Of a DNA stretch of 64,000 nt, positions 13,871 through 27,560 are shown in pieces. The position numbers and the translations under genes are program-made. The notes under the pieces are model-generated. The model was not told where the DNA came from, did not search any database, and worked only from the letters and a program-made list of their open reading frames with translations. The DNA comes from Escherichia coli (GTDB lineage Bacteria; Pseudomonadota; Gammaproteobacteria; Enterobacterales; Enterobacteriaceae): NCBI RefSeq assembly GCF_030384885.1, contig NZ_CP128613.1; one strand, 5' to 3'. Numbering within the stretch: the stretch's first letter is position 1; every line of letters begins with the position of its first letter.

Positions 13871-16800
13871 TTATTTGATCTGCGCGTGCATTTCCTGCAC
13901 CGAAATTACTTTTTCAGTCGCATCGGCATTCAGCGCCATCGCGGTAGCGAAACCACCGTTCAGGGTGGTGTCATAATGCACTTTATATTGCAGCGCACTG
14001 CGACGAATCACGCGGGAGTCTTCAATCGCGCGACGGCCTGAGGTGGTGTTGATGATGTAGGTATATTCGCCATTCTTGATGCGGTCCTGAATGTGCGGAC
14101 GACCTTCATGCACCTTGTTCACCAAACGCGGGTTAATACCTGCTTCGCCCAGCACAATCGCTGTGCCGTGGGTCGCATCCAGCTCGAAGCCCTGTTTCAG
14201 CAGTTTTGCCGCCAGGTCTACCACGCGTTCTTTATCGCCTTCGCGCACGGAAAGCAGCGCACGACCGTGTTTCTTCATGGTGGAGTTGCTGCCCAGCTGC
14301 GCTTTGGCAAACGCTTCAGCGAAGGTGCGGCCCACGCCCATCACTTCCCCGGTAGAGCGCATTTCTGGCCCTAACAGCGGGTCAACGCCGGGGAATTTGT
14401 TGAACGGCAGCACCACTTCTTTCACCGAGTAATATGGCGGGATAACTTCTTTAGTTACGCCCTGCTCAGCCAGCGATTTGCCAGCCATCACACGCGCCGC
14501 CACTTTCGCCAGCGGTACGCCGGTGGCTTTGGAGACGAACGGAACGGTACGCGCCGCACGCGGGTTAACTTCAATCAGGTAGACTTCGTTGTTTTTCACC
14601 GCAAACTGCACGTTCATCAGACCGCGCACCTGCAATTCGAAGGCCAGTTTCTGCACCTGTTGGCGCATCACATCCTGAATTTCCTGACTTAAAGTGTAGG
14701 CTGGCAGAGAACATGCGGAATCACCGGAGTGTACGCCCGCCTGCTCAATATGCTCCATGATGCCGCCAATCAGCACCATTTCACCGTCGCAGATGGCGTC
14801 CACATCCACTTCTACCGCGTCATCGAGGAAGTGGTCCAGCAATACTGGTGCATCGTTAGACACGCTCACCGCCGTCTGGAAGTAGCGACGCAGGTCAGCT
14901 TCGTCATAGACGATTTCCATCGCCCGACCGCCGAGAACGTAAGACGGACGCACCACCAGCGGGTAACCAATCTCTTTTGCCTTCTCAACCGCCATTTCAA
15001 TAGCGGTAACGGTGGCGTTCGCCGGTTGTTTCAGTTTCAGACGGTCAACCGCATGCTGGAAGCGTTCACGGTCTTCCGCACGGTCGATAGCATCCGGGCT
15101 GGTGCCGATAACCGGTACGCCAGCGGCTTCCAGTGCGCGCGCCAGTTTCAGCGGGGTCTGACCGCCGTACTGAACGATAACGCCTTTCGGCTTCTCAATA
15201 CGCACGATTTCCAGCACATCTTCCAGGGTTACCGGCTCAAAGTAGAGGCGATCGGAAGTGTCGTAGTCAGTGGAGACGGTTTCCGGGTTACAGTTAACCA
15301 TGATGGTTTCGTAACCGTCTTCACGTAGCGCCAGCGAGGCGTGTACACAGCAGTAGTCGAATTCAATACCCTGACCGATACGGTTCGGGCCGCCGCCGAG
15401 CACCATGATTTTGTCACGGTCAGATGGGTTGGATTCGCACTCTTCTTCATAGGTGGAGTACATATACGCGGTGTCGGTGGCAAATTCTGCCGCACAGGTA
15501 TCCACACGTTTGTAGACCGGGTGCAGGTCATACTGGTCGCGTAGCTTACGGATTTCTGCTTCACGCACGCCCGCGAGTTTTGCCAGACGCGCATCGGCAA
15601 AGCCTTTGCGTTTCAGCTGGCGCAGGAAGTCAGCGTTCAGGCCAGTGATGCCCACTTCCGCTACTTTCTCTTCCAGGCGCACCAGCTCTTCAATTTGTAC
15701 CAGGAACCAGCGGTCGATATTGGTCAGATTGAAGACGCCGTCTACGGACAGGCCCGCACGGAACGCATCGGCGATATACCAGATACGCTCTGCGCCTGCG
15801 TCTTTCAGCTCGCGGCGAATTTTGGTCAGCGCTTCCGGGTCGTCGAGACTCACTTTCGGGTCGAAGCCAGTTGCGCCCACTTCCAGGCCACGCAGCGCTT
15901 TTTGCAGGGATTCCTGCTGCGTGCGACCAATCGCCATCACTTCGCCAACCGATTTCATCTGAGTGGTCAGACGGTCGTTAGCACCGGCGAATTTCTCGAA
16001 GTTGAAGCGAGGAATTTTGGTGACCACGTAGTCGATGGACGGCTCGAAGGAGGCCGGAGTACGCCCGCCGGTGATGTCGTTCATCAGTTCGTCGAGGGTG
16101 TAACCCACCGCCAGTTTCGCCGCCACTTTAGCAATCGGGAAGCCGGTCGCTTTCGACGCCAGCGCCGAAGAACGCGACACGCGCGGGTTCATTTCGATAA
16201 CAATCAGGCGACCATTTTTCGGGTTCACCGCAAACTGGACGTTGGAACCACCGGTTTCAACGCCGATTTCACGCAGTACCGCCATCGAGGCGTTACGCAT
16301 GATTTGATATTCTTTGTCGGTCAGCGTTTGGGCTGGCGCGACAGTGATGGAGTCACCGGTGTGGATGCCCATCGCATCGAAGTTTTCGATAGAGCAGACG
16401 ATGATGCAGTTGTCGTTTTTATCACGCACCACTTCCATCTCGTACTCTTTCCAGCCGATCAGCGACTCATCAATCAGCAGCTCTTTGGTTGGGGAGAGAT
16501 CCAGACCGCGGGCGCAAATTTCTTCAAACTCTTCGCGGTTATAAGCGATACCACCACCGCTACCACCCATGGTAAAGGATGGGCGAATAATGCACGGGAA
16601 GCCCACTTCAGCGGCAACTGCCAGCGCTTCTTCCATGGTGTGTGCGATACCAGAACGCGCAGTTTCCAGACCGATTTTCTTCATCGCCACGTCGAAACGG
16701 CGGCGGTCTTCGGCTTTATCAATCGCATCGGCGGTGGCACCAATCATGGTGACGCCGAACTCTTCCAGCACGCCCTGACGCTCCAGCTCCAGCGCACAGT

Positions 16801-17089
16801 TCAGCGCTGTCTGACCGCCCATCGTTGGCAACACCGCGTCCGGACGCTCTTTTTCAATAATCTTGCGTACCACTTCCCAGTGAATCGGCTCGATGTAGGT
16901 CGCATCAGCCATTTCCGGGTCGGTCATGATGGTCGCTGGGTTGGAGTTCACCAGAATGACGCGGTAACCCTCTTCGCGCAGGGCTTTACATGCTTGCGCG
17001 CCAGAGTAGTCAAACTCACACGCCTGACCGATAACAATCGGGCCCGCACCCAGAATCAGGATACTTTTTATATCTGTACGTTTTGGCAT
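13871..17089 (-). CDS. carB: Carbamoyl-phosphate synthase large subunit
   Basis: 1072-aa [35 protein letters not shown]..., two ATP-grasp halves; immediately downstream of carA. Confidence 0.97.
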   Translation of the reverse strand: MPKRTDIKSILILGAGPIVIGQACEFDYSGAQACKALREEGYRVILVNSNPATIMTDPEMADATYIEPIHWEVVRKIIEKERPDAVLPTMGGQTALNCALELERQGVLEEFGVTMIGATADAIDKAEDRRRFDVAMKKIGLETARSGIAHTMEEALAVAAEVGFPCIIRPSFTMGGSGGGIAYNREEFEEICARGLDLSPTKELLIDESLIGWKEYEMEVVRDKNDNCIIVCSIENFDAMGIHTGDSITVAPAQTLTDKEYQIMRNASMAVLREIGVETGGSNVQFAVNPKNGRLIVIEMNPRVSRSSALASKATGFPIAKVAAKLAVGYTLDELMNDITGGRTPASFEPSIDYVVTKIPRFNFEKFAGANDRLTTQMKSVGEVMAIGRTQQESLQKALRGLEVGATGFDPKVSLDDPEALTKIRRELKDAGAERIWYIADAFRAGLSVDGVFNLTNIDRWFLVQIEELVRLEEKVAEVGITGLNADFLRQLKRKGFADARLAKLAGVREAEIRKLRDQYDLHPVYKRVDTCAAEFATDTAYMYSTYEEECESNPSDRDKIMVLGGGPNRIGQGIEFDYCCVHASLALREDGYETIMVNCNPETVSTDYDTSDRLYFEPVTLEDVLEIVRIEKPKGVIVQYGGQTPLKLARALEAAGVPVIGTSPDAIDRAEDRERFQHAVDRLKLKQPANATVTAIEMAVEKAKEIGYPLVVRPSYVLGGRAMEIVYDEADLRRYFQTAVSVSNDAPVLLDHFLDDAVEVDVDAICDGEMVLIGGIMEHIEQAGVHSGDSACSLPAYTLSQEIQDVMRQQVQKLAFELQVRGLMNVQFAVKNNEVYLIEVNPRAARTVPFVSKATGVPLAKVAARVMAGKSLAEQGVTKEVIPPYYSVKEVVLPFNKFPGVDPLLGPEMRSTGEVMGVGRTFAEAFAKAQLGSNSTMKKHGRALLSVREGDKERVVDLAAKLLKQGFELDATHGTAIVLGEAGINPRLVNKVHEGRPHIQDRIKNGEYTYIINTTSGRRAIEDSRVIRRSALQYKVHYDTTLNGGFATAMALNADATEKVISVQEMHAQIK

Positions 17090-17106
17090 GGCTCTTTTAC
17101 TCCTGA

Positions 17107-18255
17107 TTACTTAGCGGTTTTACGGTACTGCTCAATTAACTCGATAAAGTGGTCGAACAACGGCGCTGCGTCGTGTGGACCCGGACTGGCTTCCGGGTGA
17201 CCCTGGAAGCTGAATGCCGGTTTATCGGTGCGATGAATGCCCTGTAACGTACCGTCGAACAGGGATTTATGTGTGACACGCAGGTTTGCAGGTAATGTTG
17301 CTTCATCCACCGCAAAACCGTGGTTCTGGGCGGTGATCATCACCACGTTTTTCTCCACATCTTTAACCGGATGGTTGCCGCCGTGGTGACCAAATTTCAT
17401 TTTGATGGTCTTCGCACCGCTCGCCAGCGCCAGCAGCTGATGACCGAGGCAGATGCCGAATACCGGAATGTCGGTTTCGAGGAATTTCTGGATGGCAGTA
17501 ATAGCGTAATCACACGGTGCCGGGTCGCCAGGACCGTTGGAGAGGAAGATGCCGTCTGGATTCATTTTCAGCACGTCTTCCGCAGAGGTTTGCGCCGGAA
17601 CGATGGTCAGGCGGCAGCCTCTATCCACCAACATACGCAGGATGTTGCGCTTGGCACCAAAATCATAAGCCACAACGTGGAACGGCAGCTCGTCTTCTTT
17701 CTTCGCTTCTGGCAGGCCGCCGGTCAGCGTCCAGCTCCCTTGTGTCCAGCTATAGGATTCTGCGGTGGTCACTTCTTTTGCCAGATCCATGCCGTTCAGA
17801 CCTGGGAACGCGCGGGCTTTTTCTAACGCCAGCGCCGCATCCGGGTTATCGCCTGCGATAATGCAGCCATTCTGTGCGCCTTTCTCACGCAGTAAACGCG
17901 TCAGCTTACGGGTATCGATATCAGCAATCGCCACGATGTTATGGCGTTTAAGGTAAGAAGAGAGGTCTTCGGTATTACGGAAGTTGCTGGCAATCAGCGG
18001 CAGGTCGCGAATCACCAGACCTTGTGCATGTACCTGAGAAGATTCTTCATCGGCGTCATTAGTGCCGACATTGCCAATATGGGGATAAGTAAGAGTAACG
18101 ATTTGACGAGAATAGGAAGGATCAGTGAGGATTTCTTGATAACCGGTCATTGAAGTATTGAAAACGACTTCCCCAACCGCCGAACCTGTTGCCCCTATGG
18201 CCCGACCGTGAAACTGGGTTCCGTCTTCCAGAACCAATAGCGCTGACTTAATCAA
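17107..18255 (-). CDS. carA: Carbamoyl-phosphate synthase small (glutamine amidotransferase) subunit
   Basis: Protein continues as [20 protein letters not shown]...; the start I recall for CarA corresponds to a TTG codon (reverse of 18253-18255), giving exactly 1149 bp; ORF-track start at 18282 is an upstream GTG. Confidence 0.93.
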   Translation of the reverse strand: MIKSALLVLEDGTQFHGRAIGATGSAVGEVVFNTSMTGYQEILTDPSYSRQIVTLTYPHIGNVGTNDADEESSQVHAQGLVIRDLPLIASNFRNTEDLSSYLKRHNIVAIADIDTRKLTRLLREKGAQNGCIIAGDNPDAALALEKARAFPGLNGMDLAKEVTTAESYSWTQGSWTLTGGLPEAKKEDELPFHVVAYDFGAKRNILRMLVDRGCRLTIVPAQTSAEDVLKMNPDGIFLSNGPGDPAPCDYAITAIQKFLETDIPVFGICLGHQLLALASGAKTIKMKFGHHGGNHPVKDVEKNVVMITAQNHGFAVDEATLPANLRVTHKSLFDGTLQGIHRTDKPAFSFQGHPEASPGPHDAAPLFDHFIELIEQYRKTAK

Positions 18256-18710
18256 AACACCCTCCAGAGAATATTCACTCACTTTATTTGCATATTAATT
18301 CACAATGATGACGTAAATCAATGCAAATCTGCTTACCGACGAATTTCTGGCAAACGGCGGCATTCTGGAGATATGGGCGCTAAAAGTCAACTTAATGGCG
18401 GGATTTTTTATATTATTTTATAGCTCATGCATGTTTTACAGGCATTAAGCGACAAAAAGATCATATAACCCGTTCTGGAAAACGCTTGCGCAGCAAGAAG
18501 ATTGCATAAAATCAAAACGCGTAGAAAAAAGTGGACCAAATGGTCAAAATTTACATTAAAACAACAAAAACAGAAGCGAAAACATGTTATTTTTAGCATG
18601 TTCCATGCTTTTATAAATAAAAAACTCAAAATAAAAGGGCTAAAAATTAAAGCCCTTTACAATCAATATATTAAATATGTTATTTTTGCATCATCACAAA
18701 TGTTTTGTGG

Positions 18711-19547
<837 letters not shown>

Positions 19548-19698
19548 TTAATTTGCATAGACCGTTTTCAGAGTAACCAGCGCATCGCTACGCCGCCAGC
19601 CAAAAACGCTGATAATTAGAAATTAATGATAAACAGGGAGGGATATCAGTGAAAGGCATGAGTCGATGAATGACTGCATGCCGATAACATGTGACAGG

Positions 19699-20613
19699 TT
19701 ACGACGCCAGAGCCAGCACCTCAGCCACCCACTGCTGGAAACCTTTCACATCCAGATCCAGCGCCACCTGCACGTTTGCAGGTTTACTCAGGCAACCATC
19801 AATATCAACAACCGTCGTGCCTGAGGTAAATTCACCCTGAGTTTCCACTGCCACAAAACACGGTTTGAGAGTGAACAGGTCCGGGCGCACCAACCAGGCG
19901 ATGGCGCAGAGATCGTGCATTCGCAGGCCGCTCTGCATACTGCCGCTACGGTAGTGGCTAAACAGGGCGTGTAGCATTTTTCCGGTGCGATTCAACTCCG
20001 GCAAAGTAGCGAGATAGTCAGGAGTTAATATTGCCTGATTGGTGACATCCAGACCGCACATAACGATTTCGATGCCGCTACGGAAGACACAGGCTGCCGC
20101 TTCTGGATCGGCAGCGATATTAAACTCGGCGTTTGGCGTACAGTTGCCGCGTCCGGCAGAACCGCCCATGATCACCAGACGGCGAATATGCGGTTTGCAT
20201 TCCGGGCATTGTGAAAGTAACAGCGCAATATTGGTTAACGGGCCGATGGCTACCAGCGTAACAGGCTCAGGCGCACGCATCAGGGCATCACGAATCGCCA
20301 GAAACGCCGGTTGCTCCAGTGGCTTTCGGTTGTGCTCAACAAAGTCGTAGCCAGCCATTCCCGATTCACCGTGTACAGATGCCGCATTACGCGGTGCGCG
20401 TACCAGCGGCACAGCGGCTCCCTGGGCGAGCGGAATATCCGCATTCCAGAAATGCAGCAGTTGCAGGGCGTTGCGGGTAGTTTTCTCAACCGAAACATTG
20501 CCCGCGACGGTGGTCATCAGTTGCAGGTCGAGTTCGGGGGCAAAAATCGCGGCGGCAATGGCGACCGCATCGTCAATACCGGGGTCTGTATCGAGGAAGA
20601 TAGGTAAACGCAT
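19699..20613 (-). CDS. rihC: Non-specific ribonucleoside hydrolase RihC
   Basis: 304-aa ORF with N-terminal nucleoside hydrolase aspartate motif ([12 protein letters not shown]); 915 bp; synteny. Confidence 0.93.
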   Translation of the reverse strand: MRLPIFLDTDPGIDDAVAIAAAIFAPELDLQLMTTVAGNVSVEKTTRNALQLLHFWNADIPLAQGAAVPLVRAPRNAASVHGESGMAGYDFVEHNRKPLEQPAFLAIRDALMRAPEPVTLVAIGPLTNIALLLSQCPECKPHIRRLVIMGGSAGRGNCTPNAEFNIAADPEAAACVFRSGIEIVMCGLDVTNQAILTPDYLATLPELNRTGKMLHALFSHYRSGSMQSGLRMHDLCAIAWLVRPDLFTLKPCFVAVETQGEFTSGTTVVDIDGCLSKPANVQVALDLDVKGFQQWVAEVLALAS

Positions 20614-20678
20614 GTTTTCTCCATAAAAAATGCCGGTAACAGGACCGGCATTTTCGCATAACTTAGGCTGCTAATGAC

Positions 20679-21629
20679 TTAATCGACTTCACGAATATCG
20701 ACACGCAGCTCTTTCGGCACTTCGAAAACAATGTTTTCTTCACGGCCTTCCAGCGGAATGGCTTCACCACCGCCCAGCTGCTGCAAACGTGCCACCACAT
20801 TCTGCACCAGAATATCCGGAGCCGATGCGCCCGCAGTCACGCCGACGCAGTTCACGCCTTTTACCCACACTTCCTGGATATCTTTCGCATCGTCAATCAA
20901 AAACGCGCGTTTGCCCATACGCTGGGCCAGTTCCGCCAGACGGTTGGAGTTGGAAGAGTTTTTTGAACCAACCACCAGTACTACTTCCGCCTGTTCTGCC
21001 AGAGCGCGTACCGCTTCCTGACGGTTAGTGGTGGCGTAGCAAATGTCATCTTTGCGCGGCCCGACAATTTTCGGGAAGCGTTTACGCAACGCATCGATCA
21101 CATCAGACGTGTCATCCACCGACAGCGTAGTTTGGGTCATAAAGGAGAGTTTCTCTTCGTTTTTGACCGTCAGTTTCCACACATCGTCTGGCGATTCGAC
21201 CAGATACATTCCCCCTTCCGGGTTGCTGTACTGACCCATCGTCCCTTCCACTTCCGGGTGACCGGCGTGACCGATAAGAATAGACTCTTCACCACGGCGG
21301 CTGGCACGGGCGACTTCCATATGCACTTTGGTCACCAGCGGACAGGTGGCATCAAACACCGTCAAATCACGGCTTTTCGCTTCGTTACGTACCGCCTGAG
21401 AAACACCGTGTGCGGAGAAAATCAGGATCGCGCCGTCCGGGACTTCGCTAATCTGCTCAATAAAGATAGCCCCACGCTCGCGCAGGCTATCGACCACGTA
21501 GCGGTTATGCACCACTTCGTGACGGACATATATCGGTGCGCCGTAAATGGCCAGCGCGTTTTCAACAATGCTGATAGCGCGGTCTACCCCGGCACAAAAA
21601 CCACGTGGGTTGGCCAACAGGATCTGCAT
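20679..21629 (-). CDS. ispH: 4-hydroxy-3-methylbut-2-enyl diphosphate reductase (IspH/LytB)
   Basis: Start at ATG 21627-21629 ([19 protein letters not shown]...); 951 bp; ORF-track ORF extends upstream to 21713. Confidence 0.95.
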   Translation of the reverse strand: MQILLANPRGFCAGVDRAISIVENALAIYGAPIYVRHEVVHNRYVVDSLRERGAIFIEQISEVPDGAILIFSAHGVSQAVRNEAKSRDLTVFDATCPLVTKVHMEVARASRRGEESILIGHAGHPEVEGTMGQYSNPEGGMYLVESPDDVWKLTVKNEEKLSFMTQTTLSVDDTSDVIDALRKRFPKIVGPRKDDICYATTNRQEAVRALAEQAEVVLVVGSKNSSNSNRLAELAQRMGKRAFLIDDAKDIQEVWVKGVNCVGVTAGASAPDILVQNVVARLQQLGGGEAIPLEGREENIVFEVPKELRVDIREVD

Positions 21630-21630
21630 G

Positions 21631-22080
21631 TTACGCCTCCAGTGCCGGATCGATTTCCAGCACTTCAATATCAAAATGAACGGTCTGCCCGGCCAGCGGA
21701 TGGTTGAAATCAACGGTAATGGAGTCGCCGTTAATTTCGCGGATCACGCCAGGCATCTCACTGCCATCCATTGCGGTAAAAAGCATGATTGCGCCAATTT
21801 CTGGCTCGCCTGCATCCATAAACTCACGGCGGGAGAAGTACTGAATCAGGTCCGGTGACGGCACACCAAACGCCGCATCTGGCTCCAGCGAGAAGGTGGT
21901 TTTATCGCCCACTTTCAGCCCCAGCAGGTGTTGCTCCAGCCCTTCAGAAAGAGAAACATCGCCCAAGCGGAACAACGCCGGTTTACCGTTGTTGCGGGTA
22001 GACTCGGCGGTAGTGCCATCGTCGAGTTTCAGCGTGAAGTGCACCAGGACGGCGCTATTGCTCTGTACAGATTCAGACAT
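21631..22080 (-). CDS. fkpB: FKBP-type peptidyl-prolyl cis-trans isomerase FkpB (SlpA)
   Basis: 149-aa [32 protein letters not shown]...; 450 bp. Confidence 0.95.
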   Translation of the reverse strand: MSESVQSNSAVLVHFTLKLDDGTTAESTRNNGKPALFRLGDVSLSEGLEQHLLGLKVGDKTTFSLEPDAAFGVPSPDLIQYFSRREFMDAGEPEIGAIMLFTAMDGSEMPGVIREINGDSITVDFNHPLAGQTVHFDIEVLEIDPALEA

Positions 22081-22110
22081 GCAGGTTTGCTCTTATATTT
22101 TGAGGATTTT

Positions 22111-22180
22111 TGCCGGATGCGGCCTACGATTTCGCAGCAATCTGTAGGCCGGATAAGATGCGTCAGCATCGCATCCGGCA
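22111..22180. repeat. REP/BIME-type extragenic palindromic repeats
   Basis: GCCGGATGCGGCCTAC...GTAGGCCGGATAAG...GCATCGCATCCGGCA units between fkpB and lspA. Confidence 0.7.
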
Positions 22181-22187
22181 GGGTTTA

Positions 22188-22682
22188 TTATTGTTTTTTC
22201 GCTTTAGAAGGCAAAAAACCTTCCAGCACAATCAGTGCCGCACCGACACAGATGGCAGTATCGGCAAGGTTGAAGGTAGCGAAGTGCCAGTCGCCGACGT
22301 AGAAGTCGATCATATCGACAACGAAGCCGTGCCACAGGCGGTCGAACAGGTTGCCCAGCGCACCGCCAATAATCAGCGCGTAAGCGATATTGTTTAGCTT
22401 CTGCGTGGCCTTCGAGCGATACATCATCACCATCAGGATCACGCTAATACCAATCGCAATACCGGCAAAGAACCAACGCTGCCAGCCGCCGCTATCGGCA
22501 AGGAAACTAAACGCCGCGCCATAGTTACGCGCATAATGCAGATTAAGCGACGGGAACAGCGGGACCGTATCCCCCAGAGCAAAATTCTGGAGGATCAGGT
22601 ACTTGCTGCCCAGATCGATAATCAGCACGACTACCACCAGCCACAGCCAGCGTAGCCCTGTTGAACAGATCGATTGACTCAT
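22188..22682 (-). CDS. lspA: Lipoprotein signal peptidase (signal peptidase II)
   Basis: 164-aa hydrophobic ORF; 495 bp; start overlaps ileS stop. Confidence 0.95.
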   Translation of the reverse strand: MSQSICSTGLRWLWLVVVVLIIDLGSKYLILQNFALGDTVPLFPSLNLHYARNYGAAFSFLADSGGWQRWFFAGIAIGISVILMVMMYRSKATQKLNNIAYALIIGGALGNLFDRLWHGFVVDMIDFYVGDWHFATFNLADTAICVGAALIVLEGFLPSKAKKQ

Positions 22683-25498
22683 CAGGCAAACTTACGTTTT
22701 TCACCGTCACCGGCGACGTTGCTGACACAGCGGCCGCAGATTTCTGCGTGTTCCGCCACCTTGCCGACATCCTGGGTGTAGTGCCAGCAGCGTGGGCACT
22801 TCTCACCTTCGGCTTTACTCAACGCGACTTTCAGCCCTTTGAGTACTTCGCTCTGCTGAGCATCAGCAGGGGCGTCGTTATAGTCTGCAACGGTAGCGCC
22901 GGAGGTCAACAGGACAAATCGTAATTCATCGCCCAGCGCGGTCAGTTTCGCCGCCAGTTCCGGTTCTGCATACAAGGTTACTGCCGCTTCCAGCGAGCCA
23001 CCCACTTTCTTGTCAGCACGCGCTTGCTCAATGACTTTGTTCACTTCACCGCGCACTTTCAACAGCTCGTCCCAGAACGCATCGTTCATCGCTTCGCTGT
23101 CTGCCAGACCAAACAGGCCTTCGTACCACTCGCCGGTGAAGACGTATTTTTCACGTTCGCCCGGCAGATAGCCCCACACTTCATCAGCGGTGAAGGAGAG
23201 GATTGGTGCCATCCAGCGAACCAGCGCTTCTGCGATGTGATACAGCGCAGTCTGGCAGCTACGACGCGCCACGCTGTCCGCTTTCGCGGTGTACTGGCGG
23301 TCCTTAATGATGTCGAGGTAGAAAGAGCCCATCTCAACGGAGCAGAAGCGCATCAGACGCTGTACCACTTCGTGGAAATCGTATGCTTCGTATGCCTTGA
23401 GAATGTCTTCCTGCGCCGCTTTCGCACAACCTACGGCCCAGCGATCCAGTACCACCATCTCTTCCGGTTTCACCATATCTTTTGCCGGATCAAAACCGTT
23501 CAGGTTTGCCAGCAGGAAGCGTGCGGTGTTACGGATACGACGATAGCTGTCGGCTGCACGTTTCAGGATCTCGTCAGAAACGGCCATTTCACCGGTGTAG
23601 TCAGTTGATGCCACCCACAGACGCAGAATATCCGCGCCGAGTTTGTTCATCACGTCCTGCGGCGAAACGGTGTTGCCGATAGATTTAGACATCTTGCGAC
23701 CCTGACCATCCACGGTAAAGCCGTGGGTCAGTACCTGACGATACGGTGCTTTGCCCTTCATCGCGGTAGAGATCATCAGAGAGGACATGAACCAGCCACG
23801 GTGCTGGTCTGAACCTTCCAGATACATGTCCGCTGCGTGACCAGCAAATTCCGGACGCACGTCAACCACAGAAGAGTGGGTAGATCCGGAGTCAAACCAT
23901 ACGTCCAGCGTATCCGGCACTTTCACGTACTGGTCAGCTTCGTCGCCGAGGATCTCTTTCGCATCGAGATCCCACCACGCCTGGATGCCATCAACTTCAA
24001 CGCGTTTTGCCACTTCTTCCATCAGTTCGAGGGTACGCGGATGCAGCTCTTCCGTGTCTTTGTGCACGAACAGTGACATCGGTACGCCCCAGGTGCGCTG
24101 ACGGGAGATACACCAGTCAGGACGGTTAGCAACCATCGACTCGATACGCGCCTGACCCCAGTCCGGGATCCACTGCACGCCTTTGATCTCTTTCAGTGAC
24201 TGCGCACGCAGACCTTTCTGATCCATGCTGACGAACCACTGCGGCGTCGCGCGGAAGATGATCGGCGTTTTGTGACGCCAGCAGCACGGATAGCTGTGCT
24301 GCATTTTCTCAACGTGCAACAGCGCGCCTTTTTCCTGCAGCAGCGCAACAACGATGTCGTTCGCTTTGAAGACGTTCACGCCATCCAGCGTCGGGTAAGT
24401 GCCCGGCAGATAAGTGCCGTCCGGGCCAACCGGGTTAGCGGTTTCCAGGCCGTATTTCTGACCAATCACATAGTCGTCCGGGCCGTGGCCAGGCGCGGTA
24501 TGAACGGCACCGGTACCGGCATCCAGCGTAACGTGATCGCCAAGAATTGCCGGAACGTCGAAGCCCATAAACGGATGGGTAAAGCGAAGCAGCTCCAGCT
24601 CCGCACCTTTTACCGTGCCGAGAATGGTGTAATCGGTCACGCCGATACGCTGCATTACGCTTTCAACCAGATCTTTCGCCAGAATCACAGCCTGACCGTC
24701 GATCTGCACCAGCGCATAGTCGAAATCCGGTGCAATGGAGATTGCGCGGTTGGCAGGCAGAGTCCACGGCGTAGTGGTCCAGATCACCAGCGAGATTGGG
24801 CCGTTAACGTTGCTTACGCCAAATTTTGCTTTCAGTGCATCCTGATCGACCGCCTGGAAAGCGACGTCGATGGACGGAGAAGTTTTGTCGTAATACTCAA
24901 CTTCCGCTTCCGCCAGCGCAGAACGGCAGTCAACGCACCAGTGCACCGGCTTCGCACCTTTGTGCAGGTGACCGTTGCCGATGATTTTGCCCAGCGCGCG
25001 GATGATATTGGCTTCAGTTTTGAAGTCCATAGTCAGGTACGGGTGCGACCAGTCGCCCAGCACGCCCAGACGGATAAAGTCTTTGCGCTGACCGTCAACC
25101 TGGGTCGCAGCGTATTCGCGGCACTTAGCGCGGAACTCGGCGGCGGTGAATTTCTCACCCGGCTTACCGTATTCTTGCTCTACTTTCAGCTCGATCGGCA
25201 GACCGTGGCAGTCCCAGCCAGGCACATACGGCGAGTCATAACCGGAAAGCCCTTTGGACTTCACGATAATGTCTTTCAGAATCTTGTTAACCGAGTGACC
25301 AATATGAATGCTGCCATTCGCATAAGGAGGGCCATCATGCAGAATGAAGGTTTTTTTGCCTTTTTTAGCCGCACGAATGATGCCGTACAGATCATCATCA
25401 GTCCAACGCGCCAGCATTCCCGGTTCACGCTTGGCGAGATCGCCACGCATCGGGAACCCTGTTTCCGGCAAATTCAGGGTTGATTTATAGTCACTCAT
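22682..25498 (-). CDS. ileS: Isoleucyl-tRNA synthetase
   Basis: 938-aa ORF with class I synthetase HIGH (GSIHIGH) and KMSKS motifs and C-terminal zinc-binding Cys cluster. Confidence 0.97.
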   Translation of the reverse strand: MSDYKSTLNLPETGFPMRGDLAKREPGMLARWTDDDLYGIIRAAKKGKKTFILHDGPPYANGSIHIGHSVNKILKDIIVKSKGLSGYDSPYVPGWDCHGLPIELKVEQEYGKPGEKFTAAEFRAKCREYAATQVDGQRKDFIRLGVLGDWSHPYLTMDFKTEANIIRALGKIIGNGHLHKGAKPVHWCVDCRSALAEAEVEYYDKTSPSIDVAFQAVDQDALKAKFGVSNVNGPISLVIWTTTPWTLPANRAISIAPDFDYALVQIDGQAVILAKDLVESVMQRIGVTDYTILGTVKGAELELLRFTHPFMGFDVPAILGDHVTLDAGTGAVHTAPGHGPDDYVIGQKYGLETANPVGPDGTYLPGTYPTLDGVNVFKANDIVVALLQEKGALLHVEKMQHSYPCCWRHKTPIIFRATPQWFVSMDQKGLRAQSLKEIKGVQWIPDWGQARIESMVANRPDWCISRQRTWGVPMSLFVHKDTEELHPRTLELMEEVAKRVEVDGIQAWWDLDAKEILGDEADQYVKVPDTLDVWFDSGSTHSSVVDVRPEFAGHAADMYLEGSDQHRGWFMSSLMISTAMKGKAPYRQVLTHGFTVDGQGRKMSKSIGNTVSPQDVMNKLGADILRLWVASTDYTGEMAVSDEILKRAADSYRRIRNTARFLLANLNGFDPAKDMVKPEEMVVLDRWAVGCAKAAQEDILKAYEAYDFHEVVQRLMRFCSVEMGSFYLDIIKDRQYTAKADSVARRSCQTALYHIAEALVRWMAPILSFTADEVWGYLPGEREKYVFTGEWYEGLFGLADSEAMNDAFWDELLKVRGEVNKVIEQARADKKVGGSLEAAVTLYAEPELAAKLTALGDELRFVLLTSGATVADYNDAPADAQQSEVLKGLKVALSKAEGEKCPRCWHYTQDVGKVAEHAEICGRCVSNVAGDGEKRKFA

Positions 25499-25540
25499 CA
25501 GATTCTCGGTTCCGTATTTCGGTTTGATTACATAACAGGC

Positions 25541-26482
25541 TTAAGCCGGTTTTGTTAGCCCAAAAAATTCGCGGGCGGTTAATTCATCACGCGCAATCTG
25601 CGCTTTCAGTTCGTCCAGCGACGCAAATCGCTGCTCATTGCGTATTTTTTTACGCAGCACTACTTGTATATGGCGACCATACAGGTCCATTGCAACATCT
25701 AACAAATGCACTTCCAGCTGCTGGCGAATACCGGCAACCGTTGGGCGTGTTCCGATGTTTGCCACGCCGGGTAACGGCTTTTCACCGAGGCCCAGCACTT
25801 CTACCGCATAAACCCCTTTCACCGGGGAAACCTGACGGCGCAGCGGTACATTCGCCGTCGGGAAACCTATAGTGCGCCCTAATTCATCTCCGTGGACCAC
25901 ACGCCCGGAGATGGCAAACGGGTGCCCCAGTAAACTTTCTGCCAGAGCCAGATTGTCATCCGCCAGCGCCTGACGCACAGCGGTACTGCTGATGCGCACG
26001 CCACCTTCACAAAAAGTTTGCGTACTGGTGATATCGAAGCCGTATTCCGCGCCAGCTTTCTGTAATAACAAGAAATCGCCTTCACGACCAGCGCCAAAGC
26101 GGAAATCATCACCTACGGCAAGAAATTTTACCCGCAAATGCTTCACCAGAAGGTCACTGATGAAATTTTGCGCGGTTAACGCCGCGAAACGCCTGTCGAA
26201 ACGCACGCACAGCACGTAATCAACGCCACACTCTGCAAGGTAACGCAGTTTTTCCCGCAGTCGGGTCAGCCGTGCCGGGGCTTTATCGGTAGCAAACAGT
26301 TCCAGTGGTTGAGGTTCAAAAAGCATCACCATCACCGGTAAGTTGCGCTTGCGCCCTTCTTCCTGCAAGCCCTGTAACAGCGCGCGATGACCGCGATGCA
26401 CGCCGTCGAAATTACCAATAGTCAGCACACACCCTTCTTGCGGGGCCTGGCTGAGATTATGTATGCCGCGTATCAGCTTCAT
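25541..26482 (-). CDS. ribF: Bifunctional riboflavin kinase / FMN adenylyltransferase
   Basis: 313-aa ORF MKLIRGIHNLSQAPQEGCVLTIGNFDGVHRGH...; 942 bp. Confidence 0.95.
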   Translation of the reverse strand: MKLIRGIHNLSQAPQEGCVLTIGNFDGVHRGHRALLQGLQEEGRKRNLPVMVMLFEPQPLELFATDKAPARLTRLREKLRYLAECGVDYVLCVRFDRRFAALTAQNFISDLLVKHLRVKFLAVGDDFRFGAGREGDFLLLQKAGAEYGFDITSTQTFCEGGVRISSTAVRQALADDNLALAESLLGHPFAISGRVVHGDELGRTIGFPTANVPLRRQVSPVKGVYAVEVLGLGEKPLPGVANIGTRPTVAGIRQQLEVHLLDVAMDLYGRHIQVVLRKKIRNEQRFASLDELKAQIARDELTAREFFGLTKPA

Positions 26483-26489
26483 GTCTGGC

Positions 26490-26708
26490 TCAAAACAGTG
26501 AAAATCGTCCGAGTATACCTTGTACAGCGGTCAAGGTTAACCGGCGATTGAGTACCGAAATCAGAAAGAAGTGGCTTTTCATTGCCATGCCGCAAATTAC
26601 GGGAAGAAACAGACCGCCTGCTGCAATTTTTATCGCGGAAAAGCTGTATTCGCACCACGCAAGCTGGTAGAATCCTGCGCCATCACTACGTAACGAGTGC
26701 CGGCACAT
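26490..26708 (-). CDS. yaaY: Small protein of unknown function YaaY
   Basis: 72-aa ORF MCRHSLRSDGAGFYQL... immediately upstream of ribF on the same strand; length and position match yaaY as I recall it. Confidence 0.6.
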   Translation of the reverse strand: MCRHSLRSDGAGFYQLAWCEYSFSAIKIAAGGLFLPVICGMAMKSHFFLISVLNRRLTLTAVQGILGRFSLF

Positions 26709-26789
26709 TAACGGCGCTTATTTGCACAAATCCATTGACAAAAGAAGGCTAAAAGGGCATATTCCTCGGCCTTTGAATTGTCCATATAG

Positions 26790-27074
<285 letters not shown>

Positions 27075-27096
27075 TCGCCAATTTGCTGAAGCTTTG

Positions 27097-27127
27097 TGAA
27101 AAAGCCCGCGCAAGCGGGTTTTTTTAT
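27097..27127 (+). terminator. Rho-independent terminator of rpsT
   Basis: GC-rich hairpin AAAGCCCGCGCAAGCGGGTTTTTTT followed by T-run directly after the rpsT stop. Confidence 0.8.
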
Positions 27128-27560
27128 GTCTGCGGCTTTTGTGATGCCTGAGAGAACACAATGGCGATTGCCAGAGAGTCAAAAGTTACAGGTTCTTGCA
27201 GACATGCCGTTACACTCTCTGAACTCTTCGTGACTTAAGAATCGTAGAGTCATCGGCTGATATATTCTGAATAAGAATATCTACTCAATCTTCAGACTCC
27301 CCCTACACAGAATGTGGAGATTGTGATACACATTGAGGTATTAAACTTAAGACCACTCTACCTTTGAATTAAATTCCTATACTCTTTAACCATCCATAAA
27401 TATCACTTTATTAAATCTAATAAATTATTAACCACAATCAATACAGGTTAAATACTTATTTATAATGTACTTATTAAAAACTAATGAGCGATTTTTGATA
27501 GTAATCACATATACTTTAAAATAAATTAATAAAAAAACTCATCAAATTCAAGGACTGATA

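Noticed and set aside
15695-17200. 501-codon ORF antisense to carB, and similar long antisense ORFs at 24272-25483 (ileS) and 40090-40806 (dnaJ)
   Set aside because: Same explanation: antisense frames of strongly recognised core genes with no supporting signals; treated as non-coding.
27130-27560. Possible IS1 remnant at the rpsT-nhaR site
   Set aside because: I looked for IS1-like terminal inverted repeats and InsA/InsB-like ORFs and saw none; the interval contains only AT-rich non-coding DNA and the pentapeptide gene. A proper alignment would be needed to exclude short remnants.
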